From: Dudresnaya verticillata
Taxonomy: Eukaryota
Reading direction: 5' to 3'
Assembly: GCA_977862235.1 (NCBI GenBank)
Contig: OZ374565.1
Span: 1,798,001 to 1,862,000, forward strand
DNA length: 64,000 nucleotides
Position 1 is the first letter of the stretch; each line of letters opens with the position of its first letter. Below are positions 35,816-49,270 of the stretch, one piece after another. The notes beneath the pieces are model-generated. The model did not search any database. It had not been told where the DNA came from and was given only the letters and a program-made list of their open reading frames with translations. Position numbers and translations under genes: made by a program.

Positions 35816-38800
35816 CTCGGGCACCAAATCCTGACACTGGGGTGTCGCACCGCGAAGAGAGGCCTAGGCCTTGGGTGCTGACACGGAAGGAGGGCCCGAA
35901 GTTAGTTACCGATGACGCCAACGGGCGGATAGAGTCTTCACAGACGTCATTAAAACGCCCATGGAGAAGGTACCAGCCCCCCAGGCGCGAGGGCAGTTGT
36001 TCGTAATAGCCAAGAGGAACTATAAGGTGTACGCCGATTTGGGCGCAACGTTAGTACCTTTGCACGTAAACGCACTGTCCTCGACACGGGGGCTGATCCG
36101 AATTTCATTCGCATTGACGACATTCCGCTGGAAGCGCGATCGCGCATCGTGGCAAAGAGCCTCCCCGTCATAGTCGACGCCAACAATAAGGCGATCCATA
36201 CAAGAGGCACCATCGACCTGGTCGTTCGTCTGGGACGGAGAGTCGTCAAGTTGGAACTGATCGTTTGCGAACGACTCGCTGCGCCGGTTATACTCGGCTG
36301 CCACTTTTGCGACCGCTTCGTCGAAGCAATATATCCGCAAAGTCGCGAGGTTGAATTGGATGACGGGACTCGTGTCCCTATAACGCGCCGTCCGCTGCGC
36401 CGACCCCCGTCGTATCCGCCGTTACCAACGGAACAGGAATACGGCAAGGCCGAAGGAAGGACGTCGCCCAAGATCCGAGTAACCGAGCGCGCGATCATCC
36501 CGCCTAAGGCACAGCAATGGGCATCGGTGACCACCGAACGCGCCGGCATCATCACAATTCAACCGTTCGGAACGCTGTACGACAAACAAGGTCTGGCCGT
36601 TACGAACGGGATTGCTCAAGTGGAGCTGCTAAAAGCGTTTCGGATTCTGGTTGCCAACTCCTCTCCCCGCCCGCAGGCGCTAGCCAAGGGCCAAGTCGTC
36701 GCGACGGCGTTACTACATCCGACAGCAGTGTTCCCCAGTCACATAAGTCTAGCCGATGTTTTGGGCCTCACAGAGGAACAGGCCGAGGAGGAGAAGGCAA
36801 ACCAAGATTTCCGTTTTCAAACGAACGATAACACTGCGGCACAGCCGGATACTTTCACGAAGTCTATCGAGGCAACCACTGCCAAGCCGCCGTCAGTAGA
36901 CGATTTGGACCTGGGAAATCTCCCCGTCGAGCATCAAGGCCGGCTTAAGGAGATGTTACGCAAGTATTCGTCTATGTGGGACGGTTAGTTGGGAGAAAGC
37001 TCAACCAAGGAGCACTACATCGACTTGCTTCCCGACTCTAGACCGATATCTTCCCCTCCTTACTGAGCGGGGCCGAATCAAAGACAACTCGCTCTAGCGG
37101 AAGTGGACCGCATGCTGCGTCAAGGGGTTATCGAACCCACACAATCGCCGTGGGCGTCACCAGTGGTCTTCGCCCCCAAGAAGGACGGGACCCTCCGCTT
37201 TTGCGTAGACTACCGTCGTTTAAACGCAGTAACCGTACGGGATACGTACCCGCTGCCGCGTATTGACGAATGCATTGACAGTCTAGGAGAAGAAAACGTC
37301 TTCAACACCCTAGACTGTAACAGTGGGTACTGGCAGGTGCCGATTAATCCGCGAGAACGCGATAAGACTGCGTTCACGTGCCAGGCCGGACTGTTCCGCT
37401 ATAAGCGTATGCCATTCGGTCTCACGAACGCACCCGCTACGTTTCAACGAACGTTGAACATACTGCCCGCTGGTTACAAGTGGCGTTCGTGCCTCGTCTA
37501 CCTCGACGACGTAATAATCTTCTCCAGCGATATCGACAGTCACTTCCGTCATGTTGACGAGATCCTTTCGACATTGCACCGCGCCGGGGTGACTCTGACG
37601 TTGACCGAGTGTGACTTCTTCACCCTGACCGTCAACTACTTAGGTCACGTCATTCATCCAGGACGGTTAGACGTTGACCGAACTGTCACTGCCGCGCTAC
37701 GCGAAGCCAAGCATCCACGGGATCAGGAGCTACGGAGCTTCCTCGGTCTTTGTAACGTCTACAGACGGTTCGTCTCGCGATACGCGCATGTCGCTGCCCC
37801 CCTCAAGAAGTTGCTGAGGAAGGAATAGGACTTACGGTTACAACCGTTTGATGAGACACAAGCTAAAGCGTTCAGTACGCTCGTCGAGGCCGTGATTCAT
37901 CCGCCTATACTGGCGCTACCACATCAGGATCTCCCCTATTCCGTCGACTGTGACGCAAGCGAGTATCAGGTCGGCTGCACTCTCTTTCAAACGCAGTACG
38001 ACGGGGAACGTAAGCCACTCGGCTTCTGGTCCCGCTCGCTCACCACTCCAGAGCGTAACTACTCGGTCTCCGAAAAGGAGTACCTCACGGTAGTATGGTC
38101 CGTCATGACGCTGCGACCTTACCTCCAAATGGAGTCGTTCACAGTACATACGGACCATTCGTCATTGAGGTGGCTGATGGAAATCAGCGACCCCTCCGGA
38201 CGGTTGATGCGGTGATGCCTTCGCCTTTCCGAGTTCGACTTTGTCGTCAAGTACAAAAAGGGGTACCTGAATACTCAGGCAGATGCCCTTTCGCGTCTAC
38301 AGACGAAGGGAGAAACCGTCGAGCCCATTGACGATGATATACCATGCTATCACGGAAGCTACGTCGAAGACGGCCATCAAACGTCACAAGACGATCTGTC
38401 AGATGCCGAAGGCGAGGTCGACTTCTCCGAACGAGAGTTCGAAGAGTTCAACTAGGTGTTGATCAACAACACGCCACCGGCAGATGAGGTAATCCTTCGT
38501 CAAGTGACGCATGAAGAGTTGGTACACGCCCAAGGCGATGAAAAATACTGTAACGATGTCAGGAAACGTCTGGATGACGGGATCATCTTACCGTTCGCAA
38601 CGGATGAACAGGGCCTGTCGGTCCGAACAGTGGAAGTCCGTCTGCAAGTGGTCGTACCCTCCGCGTTACGCGCTCGCTTACTCCACCTCCGGCACCACGC
38701 CAAGTTGGCAGGGCACCAAGGGGGGCGTAAGTTGTATCATACGCTCCGACGCGAATACTATTGGCCATCGATGCCAGTGGACTGCTATGCGACCGTCCGC

Positions 38801-40495
38801 AACTGCGTAACCTGCGCTAAGAATCGCGTATTGCTGCGAAAGAATACCAAGCAATTGAAGTTATTCCCGGCAACCGAGCCTCTGGAATTCGTATCGATCG
38901 ACATCCTGGGCAAACGCATACACACGAAGCGAGGAAACAAGTTCCTACTTGTCATTGTGGACCGCTTCTCGAAGCTGGTCCGGACGGTCCCACTGCGTAG
39001 TATTACGGCATTGGAAATCGCTAAGGCGTTTGTACGACATTGGGTTTTCGTGTACGGGCCTCCAAGAAACTGTTGTCCGACAACGCACCACAGTTTGTGG
39101 CTAAGCTGTTTCAGGATATCTGCCGTCTTTTGGGAGTGGAGAATCTCTTCACCATGACGTACCATCCGCAATGCAATGGCCAGGTAGAACGATTCAATCG
39201 AACTATCCTGGCCTCGCTGCGTCACTACGTTGCGGATCATCCGAGAGACTGGGACCTGTTCACGGATGCCTTGACGTTTGCATACAACACACAGTTGCAT
39301 TCGTCTACGCATCTTGCTCCGTTGAATTGGTGCTGTCCAAGTCACCACGGCCATTGTCGCTCGAAGCGGAACCGTCACTCGAAAGCGTACCCACCGCGGG
39401 GCAATACTACACCAAGTGGCGAACCTGGCTCGCCGCACTGATGGGAACCGCTAACGTGTCGTTAGAAAAACCGCAAGCATGTTACACCGAAACTTCGATA
39501 CCCGATTAAGGAAATCAAAGGACGTCATCGCCGTAGGCGACTTCGCATTAGTACGTAAGGAATACTTCGCCCGAGGTGGGAGCACGGATCGCGCAGAGCG
39601 TAAGCATAAGTTGGCGCCAGTGGCGGACGGACCATATCGGGTAACGCACGTTGATAACGAGACCGTAACCGTCGACAAGGGACGTGACGAGCGGGAAGGT
39701 TTGTCCCGAGACCGCGTGGTCTGGGCTCCGACCCCACCGGGTCAAGCGGCCCCTCCAATCTTCGTACCCCCAGGACCGCCCGCAGCGCAGGACGTAGTCG
39801 CCCCCACGCCACAAGACGAAGGGACGACTACCCCCGACACGCCACCAGCGAGCCCAGAGGGTGACGCAGAGACTTCGCATACTGCGGGAGATCCGCAGGA
39901 GCGTACAACCGCCACGTCACGCAGTCGTGGGTTGGCAGAGCTTTCGCCCTTCGCCGCTGACCCCGACGACCGCACTTCGCAATCCGTCTCCAACGACGAC
40001 AATACCCCAGGGGTTCGCACCCGTTTGGAACACGTCGCTACGGCACCGCCGAATGAGAACAATGACTCCGCTGAAAGCACGTCCGATAACGACGACGTTA
40101 ACCGTGCAAGCACAAAGCAAGGCGCTGCAAGCGATGGACTCGTCTCAAGACGCAGCAACCCACTGACCGCTGATCGAGCGTCCGAGGCCCAAGGCCAACG
40201 CCTTCGGCGATCAACTAGTCGAGTACGCTTCGCGGAAACGGAACAGACGCCCATCACGCAACGAGACGAACCGCCAAAGGCGCTGGAAAGCCCCACGTCC
40301 AATCCGAACGCTGTGAGAGGGAAGTAATACGTCATTGAACGCATCGAGTCGCACGCGTACGCAGATGATGATGAGATCCTCTACCGCGTCAAGTGGTTTG
40401 CAAACCCCGCTTCAGCGAACATCTGGGAGCCAGTCTCCAGTTTTCCGCGATCCCACGTCACGCGGCACCACCGTCGAAAACGTACGCCGCCGCCG
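35810..40495 (+). pseudogene. Gypsy B pol: PR-RT-RNaseH-integrase-chromodomain, disrupted
   Basis: LDTG..VILG, RFCVDYRRLN, YLDD, DASEYQVG, TDHSSL, HHCC, YHPQCNGQVER. Chromodomain YVIERIESH..LYRVKW..WEP at ~40328-40440. Confidence 0.92.
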
Positions 40496-42090
40496 CCAAA
40501 CGTCGACGACGCGAAGCGCTGCTAACCCTAATCCGGAAATACCGCTGGAAACGAATGGACGGACGATCGAGACCGCTTGCTCGACCTACGATCACCACAG
40601 GCGCGGAAGCTCAACCCATGGCCTGTGGACGCGGTTGCCAGAGCGACAGCGCCAAACACGTGTGCGCGCCAGGTACGAACGCGGGCGCAAGTCTTTGCGT
40701 AATAGACAGCCACGCGCACGACACCTCGCAGCAGCCCCCATACGGAACCACTGGATGGGTGCGCTGTTGACAGTGGATCCAGATCGCAAATCGAGATCCG
40801 CCGCCCGCGCCCCTCGGGTAATAGGAGGAAGTAATTGGTCAAATTTTAATTTCCAAACAGGGCAGCGCGCACCACCCCGCCGTCAACACACGACGAACAC
40901 AATCATACCAAGTGGCCGAGCAGGTGCTACGAGCCCAAGCGACGACAGGCGCAAGTGGCAGAGCGCAACCACCGTCTCCGACGTCGAGACGTGATCTCAC
41001 CCCACGGCCAAGTCCCTGGGACCGCCACACTGCCGGCCACGGTCTCGCGCGAAAGCACCCGTCGAACGTCTCCGACGTAACTCGCCGAAGAAGGGGCGCA
41101 CCGACAAACCCACCGCCGAAGGGGGGAAGGTGGTTGAAGACGCAGTTGCCGCGGGTTCCGTGCACGACGCGCCAACAAACCGCCAACGACTCCGCCGCTG
41201 CCCGCGGCCGCCGCGGTCGCAGTCGCGCGAGCGCGACCACCCTACCCTACCCCCAAGGAGGAGCGCTGAAGACGAAAGGGGCGGCAACGCCAAGGCGTCA
41301 ACACCTACCTCACCGCCTTCGCGACGTTCGTCGAGGACGCCGACAAACCGCGCCCAAGGCGCAGCGCGACACATGCATTACAAAAAAACGCTAAGTCCGC
41401 GGAGATACGCCAACAGCCCCGGATGGCAACGGGCAACACGACGAACAACGCTACTACAGTGGACCCTACCAGCCAAACACAGACAAGCGTCAACGCACGG
41501 CTAAGGGTAATGCCATCAGACGCCAACGGTACTGTAGCGGTCAATCACGAAAACGACGCAAAGTCGAAGTGGGACCACAGGGAAAACCTTAAGACCAACG
41601 CGAAACGCGACACGGGAAGACGCTGACCATGGCCGAAGTTTACGAGGCTTAAAACAGACGGGGACAACCCCTCGCCCTCGCTAACAAACGACCATTACAC
41701 TACACTAATCGTCAATGACGACGAGAGCAACGCCTCAGGCGCACTACACAACGCTAACGCAGACAGCGAGCAACGAGGGGAAGTACAACGCCTACACCAC
41801 GTCGCCACGACGAGACAAGGATTTCGCTAACGCGCCCGCAACACTCGTCGGCAACGACGCGACGGCAACGGTAAGACGAAAAAAACTACGTTACCAACGA
41901 TGCAATTTATTGGGGTAGGCAACGGGGAAGCCCCGCACCCAAACGCCAAGCCACGGCGGCTAACGACGCACGACATTCCACATTATTCATCAACGACGTA
42001 TGATCCCCTACCTGCCGACTCCGCAAGGGAGCCGACAAGGTACCAAAATGCTCTCACCACCGCCTTTCGCCCCAAACGACGCCGACTACG

Positions 42091-44436
42091 TCACGTCGCA
42101 GGCGGCTTCGCTGAGCCCACCGCACCATCGCCCTCGGCGGACGCCCTCAATGCCTCTTCATAGAGGTCATCTTCCGTCACCGACGGCACACCCACAGCAG
42201 TACCTGGGACGGACCGCAAAGGCACCGCCACCACTGTCGCTGAAGGAGTATCACGCGCCGCTGGCGAAGCGCCCGACTCATCGCCTGCCTTTGACGGCGA
42301 ATCCTCTTTGGCTTTGACAACCGCCGATGGCGTAGAACCAAGACGATCACTCGCATCCGGCGCTGCCACGACAATATCCGCCACAGGCGATGAAGCAACA
42401 ACATCTGCCATAGGCGCAGAGATCAAACTATCGTTTGCCTTAGGCGCGGGCACAGCCCCATCCGCTTTAAGCGCAGTCAACGACTCATCGACCGCCTTTG
42501 GCGTCAGTTCAGAAACCGCCTTGATTGGCGTCGCCTCTTCACTCGCCTTCGGCGTTGTTAACCCGACACTCGTCAATGACGCAGGAGCACCTGGCCCCTT
42601 CGGAGCCGTCAACGACGCTATTGCAGCATTCGCTTCGCTCGCCGCAGGCGGTACAGTCATACTCACGTCTTTAGACGCCGGACCATTCGCCTTAGGCGAC
42701 GAAGGCTTCTCTGCCACACCGTCCTTCGACGCAGAGCATACGACACTAGTCGGCTTCGGTGCGGGCCCACCCTGAGATGGAACCGCAGCCGACAAAGATT
42801 GGCTCATTCACTCGGCGGGTGAGCCGCTCAGATAGCTAGTAGCGACACCAGCAGCTCGCAATAACGCAAGCACGGTGCGGTGCTGTTCTTCGTTCCAAAC
42901 CGGAACCGAAGCGGGACTTCCTAAACCGTCTACGACGTTTGATACTTCGCCTTGAGGCGTTACGGTTGGCGGGGCCGACTCAAATATTGGCGTCGCCATC
43001 ACGGCATCGCCATCATCGTCAGCGACGGGAGCCGCAAGGTCCAGAGGTGCAACAGCTGGCAGGCCAGCTGGGACTCCACCACCACCGATAGAACCTGCGG
43101 GTAAAGCCGGTGGCGTGGGTGCAGCCTCGGCAGACGACTGAACCGCCATAGGCGTAGCGATATCCGTCCCAGACGGGTTCCCCTGTTCGCCATCGGCGTT
43201 AAATGCATCCTCCTCGGCCATTCGGGCCCTCAAATGCGGAGTAAAATCACCGACAAAGTCACAGCTCTTACGCAAACCACGCGGGTGATTACCCGGGGTG
43301 AAGCGGTCCGTTTTGCGATGGCGCTCCGCAACGTTCTTCGTCGTACGACGCTTAGTGCATGGATTACAATGGATCCAATCGGCACAGGTGGAGTGAGTAC
43401 GACTCATCGTGAATCGCGAATGGTTCGCCTTATGGCGATTGTTCGCATACGGTACCATCGCCGGGTCGTTCCAATCGATCTCATCCGCAACAGCGCGCAG
43501 GTTTCAGAACTCCTCGGAGTTACGAGAACAGCCAAATATTTCCCAAGTCGAGGCTACCAAGCTGGGCCACCACACGCGGGGGTAGGTGGTACATACGGAA
43601 GGTGTCATACGCCTCCCATAACCGCACATACGCCACGTTGGCGATCCACTCCGGGTAAAACACGATCCAATACCTGGAATACGGGTCGGTCATCAGCTCG
43701 GAACCAAGATACGTGACACACGGGGGAAGCTCTAAGGGGAAACCCTAGCATATCTCAAACCCTCGCCATACAGCCGGTACCTTCACGAAACAGAAGGGTA
43801 ACTTACTACGCTCAATGCGATCAACCTGCATGTCCTGGTAAGGTACGAATACGCCCTTTTGGCGACGCGCCTCGCACTACCACCGGATACAATGCTCCCA
43901 AAAGAACGTACCCGTACGATGCAAGTAACGGAAATCCGCTTTCAAGCGTACGCCTACTAGGTAAGCCTCTCCCTACACACGGGGCTCAATCGATACGCTC
44001 ACATGTTTGAGCGATAGCGCCCCGAGACGAGCACCATATTCGACTTCGCCGGCTGTGCGGTATTGCCCCGCATCATAATTGAACAGGGGCGGCGTTAACG
44101 TCGACCCCGGACAACGTGTGAAACGACGATACACGTCTGAGACGAACTGCGCGTGGACGTCCGCACGCGACTGTCCCGCTCGCACCCAAAGCGATTCCGC
44201 AGGAACGGCACAGCGCAAATTACATTCCAACGTTCAGACGACGCCAAGGGGCAGGCCTCCTGGCAAGAAACCGCTAGTAGCGTAATGAGAGACCAATTCC
44301 TCCTCGCGCAAAGCCTCCTGGTCAAACCAGGGGGCCCGCGCGAAGAAATGCGTGTGATCGCGAGGGTTCTTTCCGACGAAGTCGACCGGCGAATCGTACA
44401 CCGGCGCAGCCGAGGGCGCCGCCACCTGCATGCCAT
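42091..44436 (-). pseudogene. Gypsy B antisense extra ORF, disrupted
   Basis: Chain of minus-strand ORFs. The core at ~43450-43800 resembles the Gypsy C antisense ORF, followed by an A/P/S/K-rich tail. AATAAA on minus at 41906-11. Confidence 0.65.
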
Positions 44437-44937
44437 TGAACATCGTCATGACGTCAACGACGAGAATATGTTCGCGCCGGCGGCGATGCCTGTACAAACG
44501 TCAAAGACGACTCGTGTTCTGCGCCACTGGCGAAAGCTTCAAGAAGTGTGCGTCGAAGACGATTACTGTTGTAACGCCTCAGGCGAGGAAAAGAAACCCA
44601 CGTCAACGCCGTTCAGCTGCTGCGCCACTGGCGATGCCAAAGGCAAACGACGTCGATGACGATTAAGTTGCGACGCCCCAGGCGAGGGATATCTGATAGA
44701 CGTCAACGACGGAGATCGTTATGCGCCACAGGCGGTGATGTCGGGGCAGCGTCAACGCAGTCGCCCAGACACAAGCGCGCAACAAGAGCGAAGTTCTTAC
44801 GGCACAGCCGGGGTCGCAACGCACACGCGGGCGCACCAACACAAGACGCGAAGGCGCGAGAGTTGGCAGGAACGAAGCGGGACTGCGCACAGCAGTAGGT
44901 TGAAGGTCGGGCGTGTTCGCGTTTTGGAGGGGGGTCG

Positions 44938-45341
44938 TATGGTGCAAGGGGAGGCGAGCCCTTTTTCACTGAAAGCGGGCAGCAACCAATACGTCGACCG
45001 ACGGAGAAACCACCACCGGCGCTCACCACCGCTGTTGGCGCGCGAACACGTCATCGACGGCTCACTGGGGCGCGCGCGCACACTGCGCGCCGCGCGCCAC
45101 GCGGGCACTGTACGGTGATGGGCCGACATGGCACCCCGGGGCACTGTAATACGGATCCAGATGGGATCCGAATCTGGTATCCAGATTGGCTATCTGGATC
45201 GCCTGAGCTGTAAGATACGCGCCTGTCAGGCTGCGGGTGTTCGCATTGCTGGCCCGATCCGGATGGGATCGGGATCGGACAAGTATCGGATTAGATCCAA
45301 GGCGCACGCTCTACAGTATACGCGCGCGCACAGCTGTAAGG
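44938..45341 (+). repeat. Gypsy B 3' LTR, left part
   Basis: Matches 32224-~32620; preceded by PPT GGAGGGGGG. Confidence 0.9.
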
Positions 45342-46163
45342 TGTGGTGAAGTGAAAGGCACACCTGTAAGGAAAGCTGATCAGGCAATCCCAATAAGGAG
45401 TGGTCTCACACGGCACCGGGGTGGTAGAGCTTAGTTCGTAGACCGAAGGGAGTACCTCGAGCGGCAACACCTGTAAGGAGTAATGGGACGCAACAGACAA
45501 GGGGGACGGTACAGTACCAGGACAGCTACACCGGGACGAAGGTAAGAGGAACCCGTGCACGGGGCTGGCGAGGGGAAACCGTAAAGGAGTATGAGGGTAA
45601 GGCTTAGGGTAAGTCACTTTGCCCAGGGTTGCGTACCCGTTTACTGTAGGACTCGCGGTGGCCACCCATTAATATACTGGGAGATACGCCCCGCGGTCCG
45701 GTCCGTGTGGGCCAGACCCCAATGGGTCTGGTCCACCAGGTGGGTCCGGCCCTACTGGTCCCGGTCACCGTTGCGGACATGCTCGGCATTCTTATTGGCC
45801 GGCTGACACTACGTACTGTAAAGCATGATTATAATTACCTAATTACAAAAAATCAACTACTTGACTCCTATTGGTGGTGCGCGCAGACTCCAGCAAGGCG
45901 TACAGTGCCACTGTGTCGCTGCACTCCGTTCCGGCTTTTGGCGCCAGCTCACCACTGCGCCGGGCGCGGGGCGGCTCAACCGTCGTCGGCACTCCAAAAC
46001 GGCCGCTTCACCACAGACCCCCCTCCTTAAACGTCCTCGTGCGCCGCAGCACGTCTTCCACAACTCCACTCAGGTGTACCCATCCACGGAGAGAGCCACA
46101 TCAGTACACTCCACTTCAGGCAGGTCAACCAACGGACTGGTCCAAACCGGTGTGTCGCTAGCA

Positions 46164-48923
46164 ATGGCGGGCGGCAACACCGACCGCGCACGGAGCCCCT
46201 TCGAACCGACACGGCGTGCATCGTCGGTGGGAGCGGGTCCGGCGCCGGAGGCAGAAGAGGGAGGAGGCGGCGGGCATGCGGACACCATAGCAGGAGTTGC
46301 GGCGGTAGCGGGCGCCACACCGACGCTGCCAGCACGTGCGGGTAGCCCGAGGGTGCCGCGACGGCGCGATGACGGCGGGGCTCGAAAGGCGTCTACTCCA
46401 CTTCCGGATCGGCAGGTTGGGCCGGGGGCACAACGACCCGGTCCTCCAAAAAGCAACGCCGAGATGGAGTTTGGGAGTTATCGTCGCGGCACTCCGCATG
46501 GGCGCTATGAGGCTTACGCGCAAAGTCCCCAGGTTGGTCAGATCGGGGGTAGAGCAACCTCACCCCCACTCCGATTGGGTGTCGGCGCCGGGCCGTCGGG
46601 TTCGCTACCATACGCGCCGGGGACACCGGGGAGCTACCACGGGCGTGTGGGCTCAATGGGGTACACCGACGAGGGAACTTGGCCTGGCCGGGAGTATGAT
46701 CACCGCACCGGGCGGCGTCAGCGTACCGAGGAGGAGCGCGATATGGTGCGTCTCCCCATGCCCGTTTCGGTGTTTGTTTCCAACTATGGTGGCACCCTCG
46801 AAGGACGTCGCTACAGTGCTGTGACTGACGCCGGTGGGTTAATCAACAACAAGCCATTCCCGAATCGGCGTGAGGAGATGTGGAAAGCCAGATGGATCCA
46901 CTCGAACTGTAGAGTGCGAACTCCAACCGGGTGTGACATCATGTGGCTGAGGTGTCAGGAAGAAGAAGGATATCCCGATAAGGTGTGCCGATTGTTGGCT
47001 ATGGAACATCGACTGCGAGAGCATCCTGTTGGTGTCGAGTTCCTGTGCTATGAGAAGCCGTATGACCAAGGGGTTCACTGGTTTGCGAATCCGCGACGGT
47101 GGTCCGACGACGCAGCGAAAGAGCATCGCCTCCGGTTGCGGAGTGGAGATGGACTCCGGCTCGGAAGGGCGATACTCCACACTTGGAACACCAACGAATT
47201 CTTCCAGGTGCCGCCGGGGGCACACCGTCGCTTGTATTGCACCGCTCCGGATTGGTGGGCTGAGTATGAAGTCACCCGTTGGTTGTCAGTGCCAACGTCG
47301 ACGGTAGTGGCGTACTTCTCCAACCGGTTCATTCAGCATCGCGACTGGCAAGCTGCACACCCAGGCGGAGAGAAATCTGTCGACCATCCGCTGATGACGG
47401 TGTTGGGTCACATACTCTGATCGGAATGGGCCATGTTAGTCCTCTTTTCCTGGTTACAGGTCACCTATCGGGGTGTAAGAGCCAATACCAAGATGACCGA
47501 CTGGAGGGCGTACCCGTGGAGCAGAACGGATCCGGAAGGTGGCGAGTGCGGACGCATATTCAAGCTACCCGGGCCGGTGGTCACCCTTATACACCAAGTT
47601 GGAGTAGACCGGTTGGTTGAGGGGACCGAATACCCCTTGGCGCGTGTGGAGCGTCTCTTCGCGGCTCACGCAGACACCAATTGGGAGCGGACGCCGGGGT
47701 TCATCGGTTATCATTGGGATGAAGACCGCGTGTTGTCGGTGCCGCCGCTCAACTCCGGGTGTGGTATGGCGTATTTCCTATCGGAAGAAGATCCCGAGCC
47801 AGCGTGGTTGATCGACGAGAAAATGTCCAACTGGCTCGCGATGCGCTCCCGCACGAGGTTCTACCCCATGACGGAGGGGCCATCAAGGGCTCCGCCGTCA
47901 CGCGAGTGGGGTACTCCATCCGGTGTGCCTTACCAACAGGGGCGCCTCGACAGTCCGCCTGCCGACGAGATTACGCCGGTGGCGGTTGACGAGGTTGAGA
48001 AGGGGCGCCGGGACCCAAGAGTCCTCGTGCCAAGAGAATCCCCTGGTGGAGAAGCCATAAAGGCGTGGGGCGACCGCACGACTTCGTCGCCCAGGGGCGA
48101 CCGCACGACTTCGTCGCCCAAGAAGACCGTAACGGAGTCTCCTCCTGTTGGAGCGGAGATCGAGGCGCAGGGGGGCTTGTCGGGGGTAGCTGCAGCACCC
48201 ACACCAATCGGAACTTCGGAACCGGCTATCTCGCCGGCGGTCGACAAGAACACCAAGTTGGACAAGGCGGCGAATACCGTAGCGGTAGTTCGTCAGAAGC
48301 CCATGGCGGTAGCTGCGGCCGCGGCTAAGTTGGGTCCCGTCGGGGAGCACGACGACTCCGAGATGGAAGAGGACGCGACACCAGTGGGGACCGACCAAGT
48401 GGAGGCACTCGCGACGGCACGACCTGGAGTAGCAGTGAAGACCCCTACACCGAAGCGTGGTGAGGTTGCCAAACCGGTGTCGCCCGCGTCGAGTGATTCC
48501 GTCAAGTTTGTGGCCGCTGCGGGTCCAGGTGGAGGGCCGCCCCGTCATGTCAACCCCGTAACGGTGAAGCAAGAAGAGGGTGCCCCTAAGGAGACGACGA
48601 ATTGGACCGAAGCGGAGTTGCGCGTAGATGGAGCTGCCCTGCAGCGACTCCGCGAAGGGTGTAGAGATGCGGGTATGCCCCTTCCGGCGTCGGCGAACGA
48701 GGCCATTAACACCGCCGTGCTGTGGGTAGGGCGCCTGGTGCGCCTACGGCGTACCATTCGCGCTTTGCGTCGACGCATGGCAGACACCGGCAGGAGACTC
48801 ACCATGATTACCGCGAGGGTATATGGTGAAGATATTCCCGACTTGGAGGAGAGTGCGGCAAAAGAGGAAGATACGGAGACTGACCTGGCACCACCAACGA
48901 AGCGTCCCCGAAATGCGGTGTAA
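46164..48923 (+). CDS. Gypsy C antisense extra ORF (about 919 codons, one in-frame TGA at 47418), function unknown
   Basis: The 519-aa and 496-aa ORFs share a frame. W/Y-rich core, C-terminal coiled coil and PPTKRPR. AATAAA at 48944. Confidence 0.8.
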
Positions 48924-49119
48924 GCGTAGAAATGCCACTTGTCAATAAAATCTTGTGACTTTTGTTAGCCCCCCTTCCAGTGGCGGAGGGGAAGTGGAAT
49001 AACACCACTGTGGAGTGAGCTCCGCAGTGGCGGGGGTACCCTACACCCTACAAGTCTTTGCGTCCAGTGGGCGACCACTTCATACCAGAAGTGGTTGCTT
49101 GCTTGCCACCGATTCACCA

Positions 49120-49270
49120 ATATGGAGTAGAGCCCCTTGGGCAAGGGTTCTGTCGTTCCAGAGTCCAGGGGTCATGCCCGTTTTGTACCAACGCCAAGCC
49201 ACCGATATGGAGTAGAGCCCCTTGAGCAAGGGTTCTGGCCACACGGAGTCCACGGGTCATGCCCGATTTT
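49120..49270. repeat. About 85-bp direct duplication
   Basis: ATATGGAGTAGAGCCCCTTG.GCAAGGGTTCTG...GAGTCCA.GGGTCATGCCCG occurs twice. Confidence 0.85.

Noticed and set aside
40500..42060. Overlapping Arg/Pro-rich ORFs as an env-like gene
   Set aside because: Low-complexity GC-rich spacer with no signal peptide, transmembrane segment or consistent frame.
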